From Zootoca vivipara (taxonomy: Eukaryota), in the NCBI RefSeq assembly GCF_963506605.1, contig NC_083279.1, positions 98,332,001 through 98,396,000 of the forward strand: a DNA stretch of 64,000 nucleotides. Direction: 5' to 3'. The position numbers were made by a program, and so were the translations under genes. Under the pieces are notes generated by a model, which did not search any database, had not been told where the DNA came from, and saw nothing but the letters and a program-made list of their open reading frames with translations. This document shows, piece by piece, positions 22,846-34,902 of the stretch; position 1 is the stretch's first letter, and each line of letters opens with the position of its first letter.

Positions 22846-23704
22846 TGCAGAAAATAAAATTATCTGCACTGATTCCAACGGTCTTTTTTTCAGTCTGAAC
22901 AAAATAGAAGGAGTTAGCAAATAGCACCTCTCCTAGATGGCCAGGGATTGCAATGTTTAGATGCGCTTTGCTCAAAGGTCAGTAACCAAATGTGCCCATT
23001 TCAAAACCACAGCAAATTCTACAACACCCTGACTGACTGAAGACCAAGAGAAAAACCACCACAAATTCCTTGTACTAATTAATTTAATCAGATTTCTGCC
23101 CTGCAATCAACGATGTCACCAAAGCAGCTTATAATAACAAATTTTTGTTTAAAAACTACAATAAAAACAGCAGGGCAGGCGAAATCCGTGAAACCAGGCC
23201 ATTAAAACACCAAACAACAGAAGACGATTAAGCGGGGGCTCAGACATTATTTCAAGTTGTTAACAGGCCAGATTTAGCCTGGTGCCAAAAAAAAAGCAAT
23301 GAAAGGTCCAAGGTGAATATGATCAGGGAGGAATTCTCACAATTTGGGTGCCGTCCCTCTCTGTAGTAACCTCCCCCCACCCTGCCGTTTAACCTCCAAG
23401 CAAATTGGATCACACTTTTTCACTAATGCCTCTAAAATATTAGTGGCACAACAAATTCTCTGCATTGCTTGCGCTGTTGAGCCTGCCTGTTATTTCACAC
23501 ACCAGTTCTGTTCCAAACTGAATTTCTGCCTCCGCTACAGTCTGCATGCATTGTTTAAAGAGCAGGAATTGGCTATGCTCTGCCCTCCGTGGTCGAAAGC
23601 AGCAATGCTTCTGAACACCACTTGCTGGAAACCACAGGGAGAGATGCTCTTGTGCTCAGATCCTGCTTGGAGGTTTCCCACAGGCATCTGGACAGCCACT
23701 ATGA

Positions 23705-23841
23705 CAGGCTTCCTCAGCCTCAGCCCTCTAGATGTTTTTTGGCCTACAACTCCCATGATACCTAGCTAGCAGGACCAGTGGTCGGGGAAGATGGGAATTG
23801 TAGTCTCAAAGCATCTGGAGGGCTGAGGTTGAGGAAGTCTG
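23705..23841. mobile_element. ~135-bp hAT MITE
   Basis: Same family as 2962-3097; perfect TSD cactatga. Confidence 0.85.
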
Positions 23842-23908
23842 CACTATGAGAACAAGATGCTGGCCTAGATGGGCCCCTATTGGCCTGATCCAGCAGGCTC
23901 TTCTCAGA

Positions 23909-24401
23909 TGGCTCAGTCAGTAGAGCATGAGACTCTTAATCTCAGGGTCATGGGGTTGAATCCCTCATTGTGCAAATAAAAATTCCTGCATTGCAGGAGT
24001 TGGACTAGATTGTTGTTGTTTAGTCGTGTCCGACTCTTCGTGACCCCATGGACCATAGCACGCCAGGCACTCCTGTCTTGCACTGCCTCCCGCAGTTTGG
24101 TCAAACTCATGTTCGTAGCTTCGAGAACACTGTCCAACCATCTCGTCCTCTGTCGTCCCCTTCTCCTAGCGCCCTCCATCTTTCCCAACATCAGGGTCTT
24201 TTCCAGGGAGTCTTCTCTTCTCATGAGGTGGCCAAAGTATTGGAGCCTCAGCTTCACGATCTGTCCTTCCAGTGAGCACTCGGGGCTGATTTCCTTCAGA
24301 ATGGAGAAGTTTAATCTTCTTGCAGTCCATGGGACTCTCAAGAGTCTCCTCCAGCACCAGAATTCAAGACTAGATTGGTCCCTTCCAATTCTATGATTCT
24401 A
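23909..24401 (+). mobile_element. tRNA-Lys(CTT)-headed SINE with CR1 tail, split by a Bov-B insertion (24013-24367, minus)
   Basis: gctcagtcagtagagcatgagactcttaatctcagggtc resembles tRNA-Lys-CTT. Bov-B flanked by 10-bp TSD gactagattg (24003-24012, 24368-24377). Confidence 0.8.
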
Positions 24402-24531
24402 AGAGTCTTTGATTCTTATGTTGTTTTCTCAGAGGTGGGCAGGCAATTCCCCACCACCACTGTGATGTAGCCTCAAACCACATGCCAGGGAGGAGGAGAA
24501 AAAACATAGGCCAGATAACAAAAGAAAAAGG

Positions 24532-24537
24532 TTTATT
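24532..24537 (-). terminator. ANAPC15: Probable ANAPC15 poly(A) signal
   Basis: AATAAA on the minus strand about 360 nt past the stop codon. Confidence 0.6.
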
Positions 24538-24894
24538 GACAAAAATGTTTCTGCCGAGAGCAGAAAACAGACACACACACACCAAATGCAAACAAAAGAC
24601 CTTTGCTGCCAAAGTCAAGCACTGTACTTCAACTCCTTTCCTCTCTGGAGTCTTTAGCTGCCTCAAACAGTTCAGCAGAACGACAAGCAAAGAGCCCAGC
24701 AGGGCAGCACTTCTGTGGCAGGGATGGGGGCACGAAGGAGTCCCACTTTTCCAGCCAGGATTCAGGACAGGCCTGGATCACACACACCCCAGCCTGCTTT
24801 GCAAACAGCCCGGCTTGGGGAGACCTTCCCCTGTTTTCCTGCTCCACGGAGGACAGATACACACCCAAAGGCTGGATTTAGTCCTTTTGGGAAT

Positions 24895-24942
24895 CTAGAT
24901 CATCCACTGGTCCTGATCTTGCTCAGCCCCTTCCATATCCAC
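24895..24942 (-). CDS. ANAPC15: ANAPC15 coding exon 4 (stop)
   Basis: ccccag|VDMEGAEQDQDQWMI*. Total CDS 366 nt = 121 aa, the same length as human ANAPC15. Confidence 0.96.
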   Translation of the reverse strand: MDMEGAEQDQDQWMI

Positions 24943-25138
24943 CTGGGGAGGGACACAAAACGATGAATTGTTAAGAGGCCACGCTTATAGGGATGCCCAC
25001 TGCGAATGGATGGCCTCTTGTGAGGATGTGAGCTATGTGCCCAGGCCCCCTGAGCTGCTCAACTCCTTCAGCACTGCTCCTCCGCTGAGGCCCTCCTCGT
25101 ATGTACTGCTGTCTCCCTCATGGTCCGCTGTCTGGCTA

Positions 25139-25369
<231 letters not shown>

Positions 25370-26345
25370 CTAAGGCAAAGCAAAGGCGCAGCCGTCACTT
25401 TCCTGCCAGCCTCTCCTCCCGGCTCCTGTGCGCCACAGAGCCCTTGTCCACAATGTGGGATCTTTCCTATTCCAGCCCCTGGTCAACAGCTGACTTAACT
25501 GGCTACTCTGCTTTATGTTTTGCAAATTGCCTCGATGCGGCTGTTACCGTGAAATGTGATATAACAATATTTCAAATAAAATCAACTATGTGAATTACAA
25601 TGTAAGCCCTCAAGACAATATTAACAGTTTATCTACAGCCCCTGCTATCCTCAAGGCGGACTGCAGCTTTAAAACGCAGGAAGTTCCTCTCAATCCTACA
25701 AGCTCTCCTTCTAAACGATATGAAACACCCGTCTCGGTTCCTTTCCCTTTCTTACAATCTTCTTAAAAGGAGTCCAGGATTTCTCGGCTCTTATGTTCCA
25801 TAGCTCCTAAAGGGTAATTCAAATCTCCTAAGCCTAGAATTTCTCACATCCTAATTAAGCCTAGAAGGCCTTGTGCTTTTGCCCCCCCTCCCCGCAAGAT
25901 ACAGGTGCCTGTTTTTCTGTGCACTCTGCAGAAGATGGTTATAACAGCAACCAGGAGAGCAGGAACCATTCCGCTTTTAAGAGCAACCAGGGAAAGGCTT
26001 GATAGGGACCAGGGGGTTTAGGCTTGCAGAGGAGGAGGGATGATATGGGGGTGGCAATTGTGAGATCCTGATGTAAATGGTCCAAGTGAGAGGAACCAAG
26101 AGAGGAAACGACCCAAGAGATGGAGTGAAGCCATTAGGCACATCTAAGATAAGTGACGGAGGTGGAGGCAATCCCAGGGCAACATGGCCGTTTCCTCATT
26201 ATCTAAGTATATGATGGTGATAAAAATAGTAATGGCAGCCCATAACCTACCCAAATCCATAGCTCCTTGAACAAGCCCTCCCAATCTAGGTGCAGAACAC
26301 CCCCGCCCCACCCCAGAGTATGCCAAGGGCTGACATGGTTGTTAC

Positions 26346-26405
26346 CTCGGAGGCAGGCTTCCCAATTGGGACCAAGTTGTTATCTTTCTCAGCGATGCTC
26401 TGCAG
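26346..26405 (-). CDS. ANAPC15: ANAPC15 coding exon 2
   Basis: cacag|LQSIAEKDNNLVPIGKPASE|gtaac, 60 nt. Confidence 0.96.
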
Positions 26406-26606
26406 CTGTGACAAAGGGAGAAAATGTTAAAAAATTAATCCAGAGAGACTATCAAGGACATCCAGAAGGAAGGTTCAAGATGAAGGCATGTGAATGGGAG
26501 GGAGGGAGCGGGCGAAAGGACAGGCTTTCCAACGGACAAAGTATAAGATTGCCCTCAGGAGAAATCTCTTTTTCCTGTTCACTTCACAGAAGCATAGAGT
26601 TCAAAG

Positions 26607-26741
26607 CAGGCTTCCTCAAACTCGGCCCTCCAGATGTTTTGAGACTACAATTCCCATCATCCCTGACCATGGTCCTGCTAGCTAGGGATGATGGGAGTTG
26701 TAGTCCCAAAACATCTGGAGGGCCGAGTTTGAGGAAGCCTG
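26607..26741. mobile_element. ~135-bp hAT MITE in ANAPC15 intron
   Basis: TIRs as 2962-3097; TSD gttcaaag/gtttaaag. Confidence 0.85.
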
Positions 26742-26932
26742 GTTTAAAGGACCACCAGAGTCATCCAGTCCAACCAATCACAGCTCAAGAATCCCCGACA
26801 GGAGAGGCCACCACTTTTGAACAGCTCTTACTGTCAGAAAGTTCTTCCTAATGTATGGCTGGCTCCATCTGACAGCCCTGCTCCTTCCTCTTCTTTATTC
26901 CCAAAGCCCCCTCTGCTCCTTGCATGGCTCAC

Positions 26933-27052
26933 CCAGGCCTGATGCTGCTGCTCTTGCTGCTGAAGCTCATTCTCATCCACACATGGCCGGTCCAGGTTAA
27001 ACCACAGCGCCTCAGTGACTCGTGGGAAGAGGGAAGGAAAGAGCGTGGACAT
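26933..27052 (-). CDS. ANAPC15: Anaphase-promoting complex subunit 15, coding exon 1
   Basis: [40 protein letters not shown]. Acceptor 6 nt upstream of the ATG; donor tgg|gtgagc. Confidence 0.96.
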
Positions 27053-27339
27053 GTCTTCCTGAGGGATTGGGAGAAGAAAAATGGTTGGAATGAAAAGCAC
27101 TATAGTCAGCTATGAGACTGTAAAGGACAGAGGCAGGTCTGAACCTCTGTCCCCAAAGAATGATCCTCCACTCATCCGCCGCACAGCCCATGAAACCCAA
27201 ACCATCACCACATTGTACCAAGGGATCCCAGGCACAGGCAGTACCCAACACATGGTCTTCAGCAAACACAAGATGAGAAACAAATAAAAATAATCTTCTT
27301 TCTCCTATCAAAAAATGCAAGAAGGGCTTTTACACTCGC

Positions 27340-27625
27340 CAGAAGATTGGCTCTGCCCTTGCCAGTCCTGGAAAAACTTTTACAAAAAACTCCCATATGC
27401 TCAAAGACTCTGCGCCTGTTCATTGGGGGAAATAGGAAGCCCAGAGCACCTGTTTTTTAGATGCCCCTTCTATGAAGAGGCACATAGTGAGACCACTGAT
27501 TCCATGCTGGTGAGGCTAGCTGACCTCCTGGAAATGCGAAAATTCGGCCTGCTCCTGCTAGGCAAAGACCAGAAGACGACCGGGATGGTCGCCAGATTCT
27601 GTGTTCAGATCTGCAGGCATAGACC
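27340..27625 (+). mobile_element. Non-LTR retrotransposon C-terminal (Cys/His knuckle) remnant
   Basis: RLCACSLGEIGSPEHLFFRCPFYEE resembles a LINE ORF2 C-terminal zinc-knuckle; no splice context. Confidence 0.45.
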
Positions 27626-27729
27626 TTCCCCTGATCCAAACTTTGTTTGTTTGTTAGAAACAAAGTTTGTTAGAAAATCCCTAAACTTGGTTCCGCGAGC
27701 GACCCAGTGTCAGTTCTCTGCGGCAGCTT

Positions 27730-27852
27730 AAGTGTGCATGCACACGAAAGTTCATACCAATGACAAACTTAGTTGGTCTCTAAGGTGCTAGTAAAAGGAT
27801 TTTTTTTATTTTGTTTCGACTACGACAGACCAACACGGCTACCTACCTGTAA
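27730..27852 (+). mobile_element. Penelope-like remnant
   Basis: gtgtgcatgcacacgaaagttcatacc..cttagttggtctctaaggtgcta..cagaccaacacggctacc. Confidence 0.6.
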
Positions 27853-28303
27853 TTAAAGTTTTAAAGTAATTATATGCTTATTGCACGTATAAACATTAAT
27901 TTTACCGTTCTTCAATGTTTTATATATATGTTTTGTCCTCCGGGATTGTTCCCCCAAATGTGCTTTTATAAGCTGGTCTCCGACCGTAACAAATCATTCA
28001 TTCATTCATTCACAATTATAATATAATATTAAGCAAGGGACCCCAGCTGGGGGCACCTCCTTCTCTCCCTCCTTCTATGGGGTCAGGATCCCCCCCCAAC
28101 TTTCTCTCAAGCCCAGGGATACTTGGCGGGGCCTTTGGGGGTTCACAAAGTGAGATCTCCCGCCCTATTTTTGGAACTGCCAAAGGCCATGACCTCCAGT
28201 GGCCAACAGCATCCGGGTCATTGAGCCCGCGGTGCCTCCCGTTCCCTCCCCCACGTGCATTTCCTTATCTCCTGCCCCCCTTTCCCTTCCCTTCCCCCCT
28301 CAC

Positions 28304-28640
28304 CTCCCACTTCGCTGCTGAGGGAGAAGCCGGCCCTGGTTCGAATCCCCCATGCCCCCGGAAGCGCATCTGCTATGCCCCGGAAGCGCTCTGCTGCGGT
28401 GGGGTGTGTTTCGGATCTGGTTTGTTTCCCCCAATTTCGTTCACCGGAAGTGCTCCTCCTCTTTACTTTTTTCTAGCTCTAGGTTTTTCACGTACCCAGT
28501 GCGCAGGCGCGTGGGTGGAGCCTCCTGGTCCCCGGCGGCTGGAAAGGCTCGCTGACCCCGCCCCTCCCAGGAGGATTCCTGCGCGCCTGCGCAGTGGAGC
28601 CCTGCAGCTTCCCTGCGAGGGGCGTGTTTAATCCGGCGCT
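28304..28640 (-). promoter_or_regulatory. ANAPC15: ANAPC15 CpG-rich housekeeping promoter and probable non-coding exon 1
   Basis: Minus-strand donor gag|gtgagg at 28304/28303. Three ETS/GABPA cores CCGGAAG (28358, 28380, 28444) and NRF1-like TGCGCAGGCGC (28500) and GCGCCTGCGCA (28583). CpG enrichment. Confidence 0.7.
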
Positions 28641-28990
28641 ATTCATGCAGCTGTTAAGGAGGGAGGGAAAGAAAGAGAGGGGCAAGTTATAGGATTGGTT
28701 GGTTGGTTGATCGATCAAGCAATGAAATGATTTAATTGGTTGATTTAAAAGACACAATTCTTACTACTATCCTCCCTGGATAGTAAGGGAGGAGTATTGA
28801 ATGTGTTTGAAAAGCAGCATTTGGAATGGAAAGAAGCAGCTGGGGAGAATCTGACAGCTGATTGTTTTGCCTGCTAGAGCTGCTTGCATGTGGCTACTTT
28901 CAGCCTCAAAACAAAAATGTTTAATAAGGAAAAAACAAGAACAAACGTTTGCATGAAAGAGACAGAGGCAGTGTGGTGCAGTGGTTAGAG

Positions 28991-29109
28991 CAGTGGTGGC
29001 CAAACCTGGACTACAATTCACACCAACCCTGGCCACTGGTCCTGTTAGCTAGGGATGATGGGAGTTGTAGTCCAAAACCAGCTGGAGGGCCAAGTTTGGG
29101 CCCCCACTG
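28991..29109. mobile_element. hAT MITE inserted in the A-box of an older tRNA-derived SINE
   Basis: cagtg...cactg termini, perfect TSD ggttagag. Confidence 0.75.
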
Positions 29110-30280
29110 GGTTAGAGTGTCAGACTGGGACCTGGGGGAGAGAAGAGTTCGAATTCCTCACCAGGCCCATAAGCTCTCACAGGATGACCTTGGGTGCCAG
29201 ACTTCCTCTCAACCTAACCTACCTTGCAGGGTTGCTGTTGGGGGGGATAAAATGAGGAGGAGGAGAACCAGGCACTCCTCGGAGAAAGGGGTTGAATATA
29301 AATGCAAGTAATTATTGTCATTGATAATAGCGAGTGGGGAATGGAACAGATTCATACTTCCCCTGCTGGACTTCTGCACCCCCTACAAATCAACCCCTTG
29401 CCAGGTCAGGGTGCCAGCTTGCTTCACTCCACCTGCAACTTGCCTGCCTGCTTGCTTTAATATTATTTAATAAATGCATTTACATAGGTGCTCTTCAGCC
29501 CCTTCAGGACTGGTCATTCCCAGGGCCCAGATAGGAGGTGTGAAGTAGCAGCTTAAAAAACAGCAACCCAAAAGCATGTGCAGAGTTCCTCTCCTCTCTG
29601 CCCTATTCAGTGACGAGCAAGCAAACTGCCTGAGTCGATCCGATGAAACAGCTTCCTTGGCAGGTCTCATTTCTATGGTTTGGAAGAATCACTCGCAGGA
29701 GCACAAATTTATTCAAAATTGCAAAATGATAAAATCAGCTGCGGTCAATGCCATCTGCTTTCTAGGACCTTAATAGAAAGCATCCGGTTCTGCAACAAGC
29801 AAGCCACTCCTTCCTGGAATTAGAACTCACTATTTGTCTCAAAAGTCCAAAGTTCTAATCTCTGTTATGTAAAATCTTCCCAGAGCTCAGCAGCAGCAAG
29901 CAGAGATCATGCTTTGAATTCAGAAAGTCCCATCCTGAGATCTAAACAGTAAAGAATCAGTAACCCACTACGAGCAGCCGGAAGGGCCATTCAAATTCAA
30001 ATGCAAACTTTGCCGATCTGGTCTGAAAAGCAGATTTTTTTTGCGGGGGGGGGGGGGAAACTCTACAACACAATTCTGTGTGTTTTGGACATAGTGTAGG
30101 TTGCCAACAAACTCAGTTCTTATTCTGAGGGATATTTCTTCCTCTTCTTTCTGTAATGTTCTTGTTATAGAAAAAAGGGGGTTTGGCTTTTGCTGCCAAA
30201 CTCCCCAAGGGACTGGGTCCCCTAAGTCCATTATTGTCAGAGATGAATGGATGGAGGTAAGATCTGTTTTAAGCAAAATC

Positions 30281-32099
30281 TGCTCTTATTCCCTTATGGA
30301 CGAAATTAAAAGACGCCTGCTTCTTGGGAGAAAAGCAATGACAAACCTAGACAGCATCTTAAAAAGCAGAGACATCACCTTGCCGACAAAGGTCCGTATA
30401 GTTAAAGCTATGGTTTTCCCAGTAGTGATGTATGGAAGTGAGAGCTGGACCATAAAGAAGGCTGATCGCCGAAGAATTGATGCTTTTGAATTATGGTGCT
30501 GGAGGAGACTCTTGAGAGTCCCATGGACTGCAAGAAGATCAAACCTTTCCATCCTGAAGGAAATCAGCCCTCAGTGCTCACTGGAAGGACAGATCCTGAA
30601 GCTGAGGCTCCAATACTTTGGCCACCTCATGAGAAGAGAAGAATCCTTGGAAAAGACCCTGATGTTGGGAAAGATTGAGGGCACTAGGAGAAGGGGACGA
30701 CAGAGGACAAGATGGTTGGACAGTGTTCTCGAAGCTACGAACATGAGTTTGACCAAAGTGCGGGAGGCAGTGGAAGACAGGAGTGCCTGGCGTGCTCTGG
30801 TCCATGGGGTCACGAAGAGTCGGACACGACTAAACGACTAAACAACAACAACAACAACAATTCCCTTATGGGGTACACAAGAGCCTTATTGGGTTCTCCA
30901 TCGGTCGGAGAATATATAACAGAGGCCAACCAGAGAAGTTTGAGAAGCAAAGCCTTTATTTGCTGTTGCAACAGGGTCCTTCCCCTCACGCAGGAGAACA
31001 AGGAAGGAACCCAGAACAAAAGAGAACCTCCACTTTTATCAGTTTCCCCATCACCAAGAAACGCCCCCAATACATCATTCCTACATCACAGCTATGTAAT
31101 CAATACCTCACAAAAAAGGAGGGTTCAAGGTAGAAATCTGAGCACTTTTGATACCTCTCCTAGTCCTCCTATCACCCCTCCCAGGTGTGAATTCCTAAAC
31201 ACAAAGAGAAATTAACATTTTCATAAGAGTTGATCACTGTCTTTTGTTCAGAGGAGTCTTCCATTGTGAATGAGGTACCATTGACAGGGAATTATGGCTC
31301 CCAAGTTGCTAGTCATGTGGAAATGTGTGCATATGCTGATCCTTAAGCCTTCCTTAAGGCAGGGTTGAGTCCAAGTGGGAGGGGTGAGGGTCTCTGGAGT
31401 GGAGCAGAGGCGAAGAAGGTGGTGTTGCGAGGGATTCTGGGTAACTGCAGCTGTCAGGTTCGGTCACCCCTCTCTGTTCATTAGTAATGGTGTCCTGCAA
31501 CCCCCTTATAATTTTCTATAACAGATCCATAGAAAGCAAGGCAGATCTTTATTTTTCTTTTGCAACGGAGTTCCCTCCCCTCCTTGCAAGGAGATAGGAG
31601 CTATCCAGAACAAGCCCCTATAAAGACTTATATAGACTTTTGAAATTGCCTACCCTGTAGCCCAAGACCCCCCCAAAAACATCATACCTATGTACATCAC
31701 AGAAGGAGGTGGTCTCCAGCAGAAATTTGAGAGGGTTGCTTCCCTCCTGTCTGCCAGGATACCCGATAATGCCTTACTTGGTTGCATTTTCTGAGTAGCC
31801 TGGGATGGTAAATACTTTAGTTCCTGAATCTCTCTTACACTTATCTATAGTTTGCTCAACTTCAACAGATACTTGCTGGATTGTATTTGCAGGGAGGTTC
31901 CTACAGCCCGACAATTGGAAAGCTTTTCTCATTTCCTTCCTCCTTGCAGAAAAATATATTGAGGTCAATTCGGGAGAGTCAAAAATGGCTTCAGGATTGC
32001 TCTCCTGTACTATTTCAAACACGTGGTTTATGCACTGTTTTGCTTTTGTGCATTTAGGAACATTTATTCTATGTTTGAGACCTTAGAATTCTTATAACA
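30281..32099 (-). mobile_element. Cluster of related LTR pieces (at least two), interrupted by Bov-B
   Basis: Shares tgctc..ttcccttatgggg, taacagaggccaaccagag and gagacctta.aattcttataaca with the 17606 and 20176 LTRs. Internal ...ctataaca end at 31523. Confidence 0.6.
30300..30859 (+). mobile_element. Bov-B LINE 3' fragment
   Basis: EIKRRLLLGRKAMTNLDSILKSRDITLPTKV...RTRLND*, (CAA)n tail, 12-bp TSD attcccttatgg. Confidence 0.92.
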
Positions 32100-32463
32100 C
32101 TCTTAACTGCCTTCTCCATAGCCAGATAAAGGTTATCTCTGAATACCTGATTCTGAGCACAACCAACAGAGCAAAGTCTCCTATCTCCCAGGAATCTGCT
32201 TTGCCAGCTTCGCAAATCAAGGACAGGCCCAGGTTGGTGCACGTTGGCCTGATTTGACAAGGCAGTCCGCCTGCTGCTAAGTTCTCATCATGATCTGTGC
32301 AGTTTATTAACAACCATAAAATTGTTTGTTCCAGGAAGGCTGAGTGAGGCCCTGGGCATACGCCAAGCAGATCTCCCAAAGACTTCAGTCAAGGAGACTC
32401 ACTGTTGCATAAGAAGTACCGTACCGGTACTTATTCCTGCATTGCAGGGGGGTTGGACTAGAT

Positions 32464-32599
32464 CAGTGTTTTCCAAACTTGGGGCTCCAGCTGTTTTTGG
32501 ACTACAACTCCCATCATCCCAAGCTACCAGCACCAATGGTCAGGGATGATGGGAGCTGTAGTTCAAAAACAGCTGGAGGACTGAGTTTGGGAAACTCTG
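32464..32599. mobile_element. hAT MITE inserted in a CR1/SINE tail
   Basis: Perfect TSD gactagat (32456-32463, 32600-32607). Confidence 0.82.
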
Positions 32600-32811
32600 G
32601 ACTAGATGACCCCTGGGGTAGCTTCCAAGTCCACGATCCTAAGCATCTTTGCAATGGATTAGGACTTAAGGTGATATCCTTAATGCTGAGGGTCCGCCAT
32701 GCCCTCCTGTTCTGATCTGCAGATCCAAATGCAGACCAGGGCAAAGGGTTGACTGATGCTTCGAAGGACCCAGTTGCAGGGAACCCAAAGCAAGATGCAC
32801 AAAACTCCAGA

Positions 32812-32954
32812 GTAGCTCAGTTGGTTAGAGCGTGGCGCTGATAACGCCAAGGTTGCAGGTTCGATCCCTGCAAGAGACAGCTGCATATTCCTGCATTGCA
32901 GGGGGTTCCACTAGAATAGATGATCCTCTGGGTCCCTTCCAACTCGACAATTCT
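32812..32954 (+). mobile_element. tRNA-Ile-headed SINE with CR1 3' tail
   Basis: tagctcagttggttagagcgtggcgctgataacgccaaggttgcaggttcgatccc (tRNA-Ile-like, intact A/B boxes) followed by the CR1 tail. Further copies at ~16600-16698 (-) and ~57630-57750 (+). Confidence 0.82.
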
Positions 32955-33391
32955 CTTGGAATTCTATTCTAATTCAAATGCTTTATTATAAAGGTGTATC
33001 AAGAGATTTACATGCAGAATTCCTTGCCGCTACACTTCAGGGTGGCCACTGATGTGGGAGGCTTACTTGCAGGAAAAGCAAGCTCGGCAGCAACAGCCCC
33101 CTCAACCACTCCTGGCTTAGAGGCCTCTTCCCCACTACTGGCATGTAGCTGGCAGGCAGGCAGCAGGAGAAGCCTGCCCTTGCCCAGCTAGCTAAACCAA
33201 AAGTGAAGGCTTAAAGGCAAGCAGATAAGCAGGTGTGACCCCATTTTACAGCTCACACCAATTCACCCCACTGTTCTCTTGGGGCAATTGGGTCCTCACC
33301 TCCCTCACCCCAGTTTAAAACTGCAGCCCTTTAGCCCAGCTCATGCTGCATCTATATTGGACTTGAAAAACCGTTTCACATTGGATATTTA

Positions 33392-33760
33392 CCGTATTTT
33401 TTCATGTATAAGACGAGGTTACTTTATTTTAAAAATTATGCTAAAAGTTGGGGGTCGTCTTATACACGGATTGGTGGCTGCCGCGAGCAGGAGATTGTCA
33501 GTGGCGTTTTTGCGTGTGATTGGCAGGTGCGGGAATGTCCGCTGGCTATTGGCTGCTGCGGCACTTGGGCGTGCGATTGGCGCTTGCTTTTGGTGAGCAT
33601 GCAGACAATTGGCTGTGGCGGTCCTGCAGGTTAGCGATTTTCGACACCACCCCCCATAAAAAGCTCAACAAGTCTGGGCAATCCTCCCCCCCCCCCAATT
33701 TTCTCAGTTTGGAGCCCCAAAATATATACATGGGGGAGTCTTATAGATGGAAAAATACGG
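33392..33760. mobile_element. Tc2/pogo-like non-autonomous DNA transposon
   Basis: TA-flanked TIRs ccgtattttttcatgtataagac / gtcttatagatggaaaaatacgg. Confidence 0.75.
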
Positions 33761-33896
33761 TATTTTAGTACAGTACAGTGCTTTAGACTGTTTCTCTCCC
33801 CCACCCCCAATTCCGCAATTGCTACAGTTGCCACAGTATGAAATTGTGCAACTGTTTCTATTGCTGATGCTTTTTATGAGGAATTGCTTCAAGGTA

Positions 33897-34505
33897 CAGT
33901 GGAACCTCGGTTTATGAACACCTCGGTTTACGAATTTTCGGTTTATGAACGCCACGGACCCATCTGGAATGGATTGATTCACTTTCCATTGCTTTCAATG
34001 GGAAAGTTCGCTTCAGTTTATGAACGCTTCAGTTTATGAACAGACCATAGCTGCCAAGTTTTCCCTTTTCTCGCGAGGAAGCCTATTCAGCATAATGGAA
34101 AATCCCTTTAAAAAAGGGATAACTTGGCAGCTATGGAACAGACTTCCGGAACAAATTACACCTATGTTTCAGGTTAAGTACGCTTCAGGTTGAGTACTCC
34201 GCGGACCCGTCTGGAACAGATTAATCCACTTTCCATTACTTTCAATGGGAAAGTTCGCTTCAGTTTATGAATGCTTCAGTTTATGAACAGACTTCCGGAA
34301 CCAATTGTGTTCATAAACCAAGGTACCACTGTACAGTCATACCTTGGGTTAAGTACGCTTCAGGTTGAGTATTTTCAGTTTAAGTTCTCCGCGGACCCGT
34401 CTGGAACGGATTAATCCACTTTCCAATACTTTCAATGGGAAAGTTCGCTTCAGGTTAAGTACGGACTTCCAGAACCAATTAAGTACTTAACCTGAGGTAC
34501 CACTG
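33897..34505. mobile_element. Two tandem Tigger-like MITEs (33897-34331, 34334-34505) with a nested 90-bp hAT MITE (34046-34135)
   Basis: TA-cagtg..cactg-TA termini. The nested element has TIR catagctgccaagtt and TSD gaacagac. Confidence 0.8.
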
Positions 34506-34834
34506 TACAGTATTTGATGGGATGCAAGTCATGAATGGAAATAAATAGACAAATAGACAACACTTTCCTTTGGGGTGTCTTTGAACTCTACGATTCTATG
34601 TTTTGGAGCACCTCTGAAGTGATATTCTCCATCTCCTTGGTGGGGCACGCTTGGCAAGGTCCCCTCCTTTGTGCAATCATTGACAATTTCTCGGCTGATC
34701 TTTGGAACCAGTTCCCATTTCCAGGCATATGGGGAAGTCTGCTTCTTTAAGGCTCAAGGAGCTATTGGCTTTCATCAGCTGCGCTGCCTGCCCACCTGAG
34801 AGAGAGAAAGCAGCTGCAGGTGAGAATGCTCAGG

Positions 34835-34902
34835 TATAAAAGGTCCCCTGTTGGGAGGGTTTCTTGTGTTTGAAAGTGGGTCTTCCTTGGCTCTATGTGC
34901 AG
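34835..34902 (+). promoter_or_regulatory. Candidate TATA promoter and short non-coding first exon of the folate receptor gene
   Basis: TATAAAA at 34835-34841, upstream CAGCTG/CAGGTG E-boxes, and a consensus donor cag|gtgagt at 34902/34903. The FOLR ATG exon has a splice acceptor, so an upstream exon is needed. Confidence 0.5.

Noticed and set aside
23909-23975. Apparent tRNA-Lys(CTT) gene
   Set aside because: Degenerate T-arm and acceptor stem, followed by the shared SINE tail.
32812-32880. Apparent tRNA-Ile(GAT) gene
   Set aside because: No acceptor-stem pairing, runs directly into a CR1-derived tail, and has several diverged copies in the window. It is a SINE head.
33960-34480. Regularly repeated units resembling a CRISPR-like array
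   Set aside because: Internal subrepeats of tandem Tigger-like MITEs; no unique spacers or cas genes; eukaryotic context.
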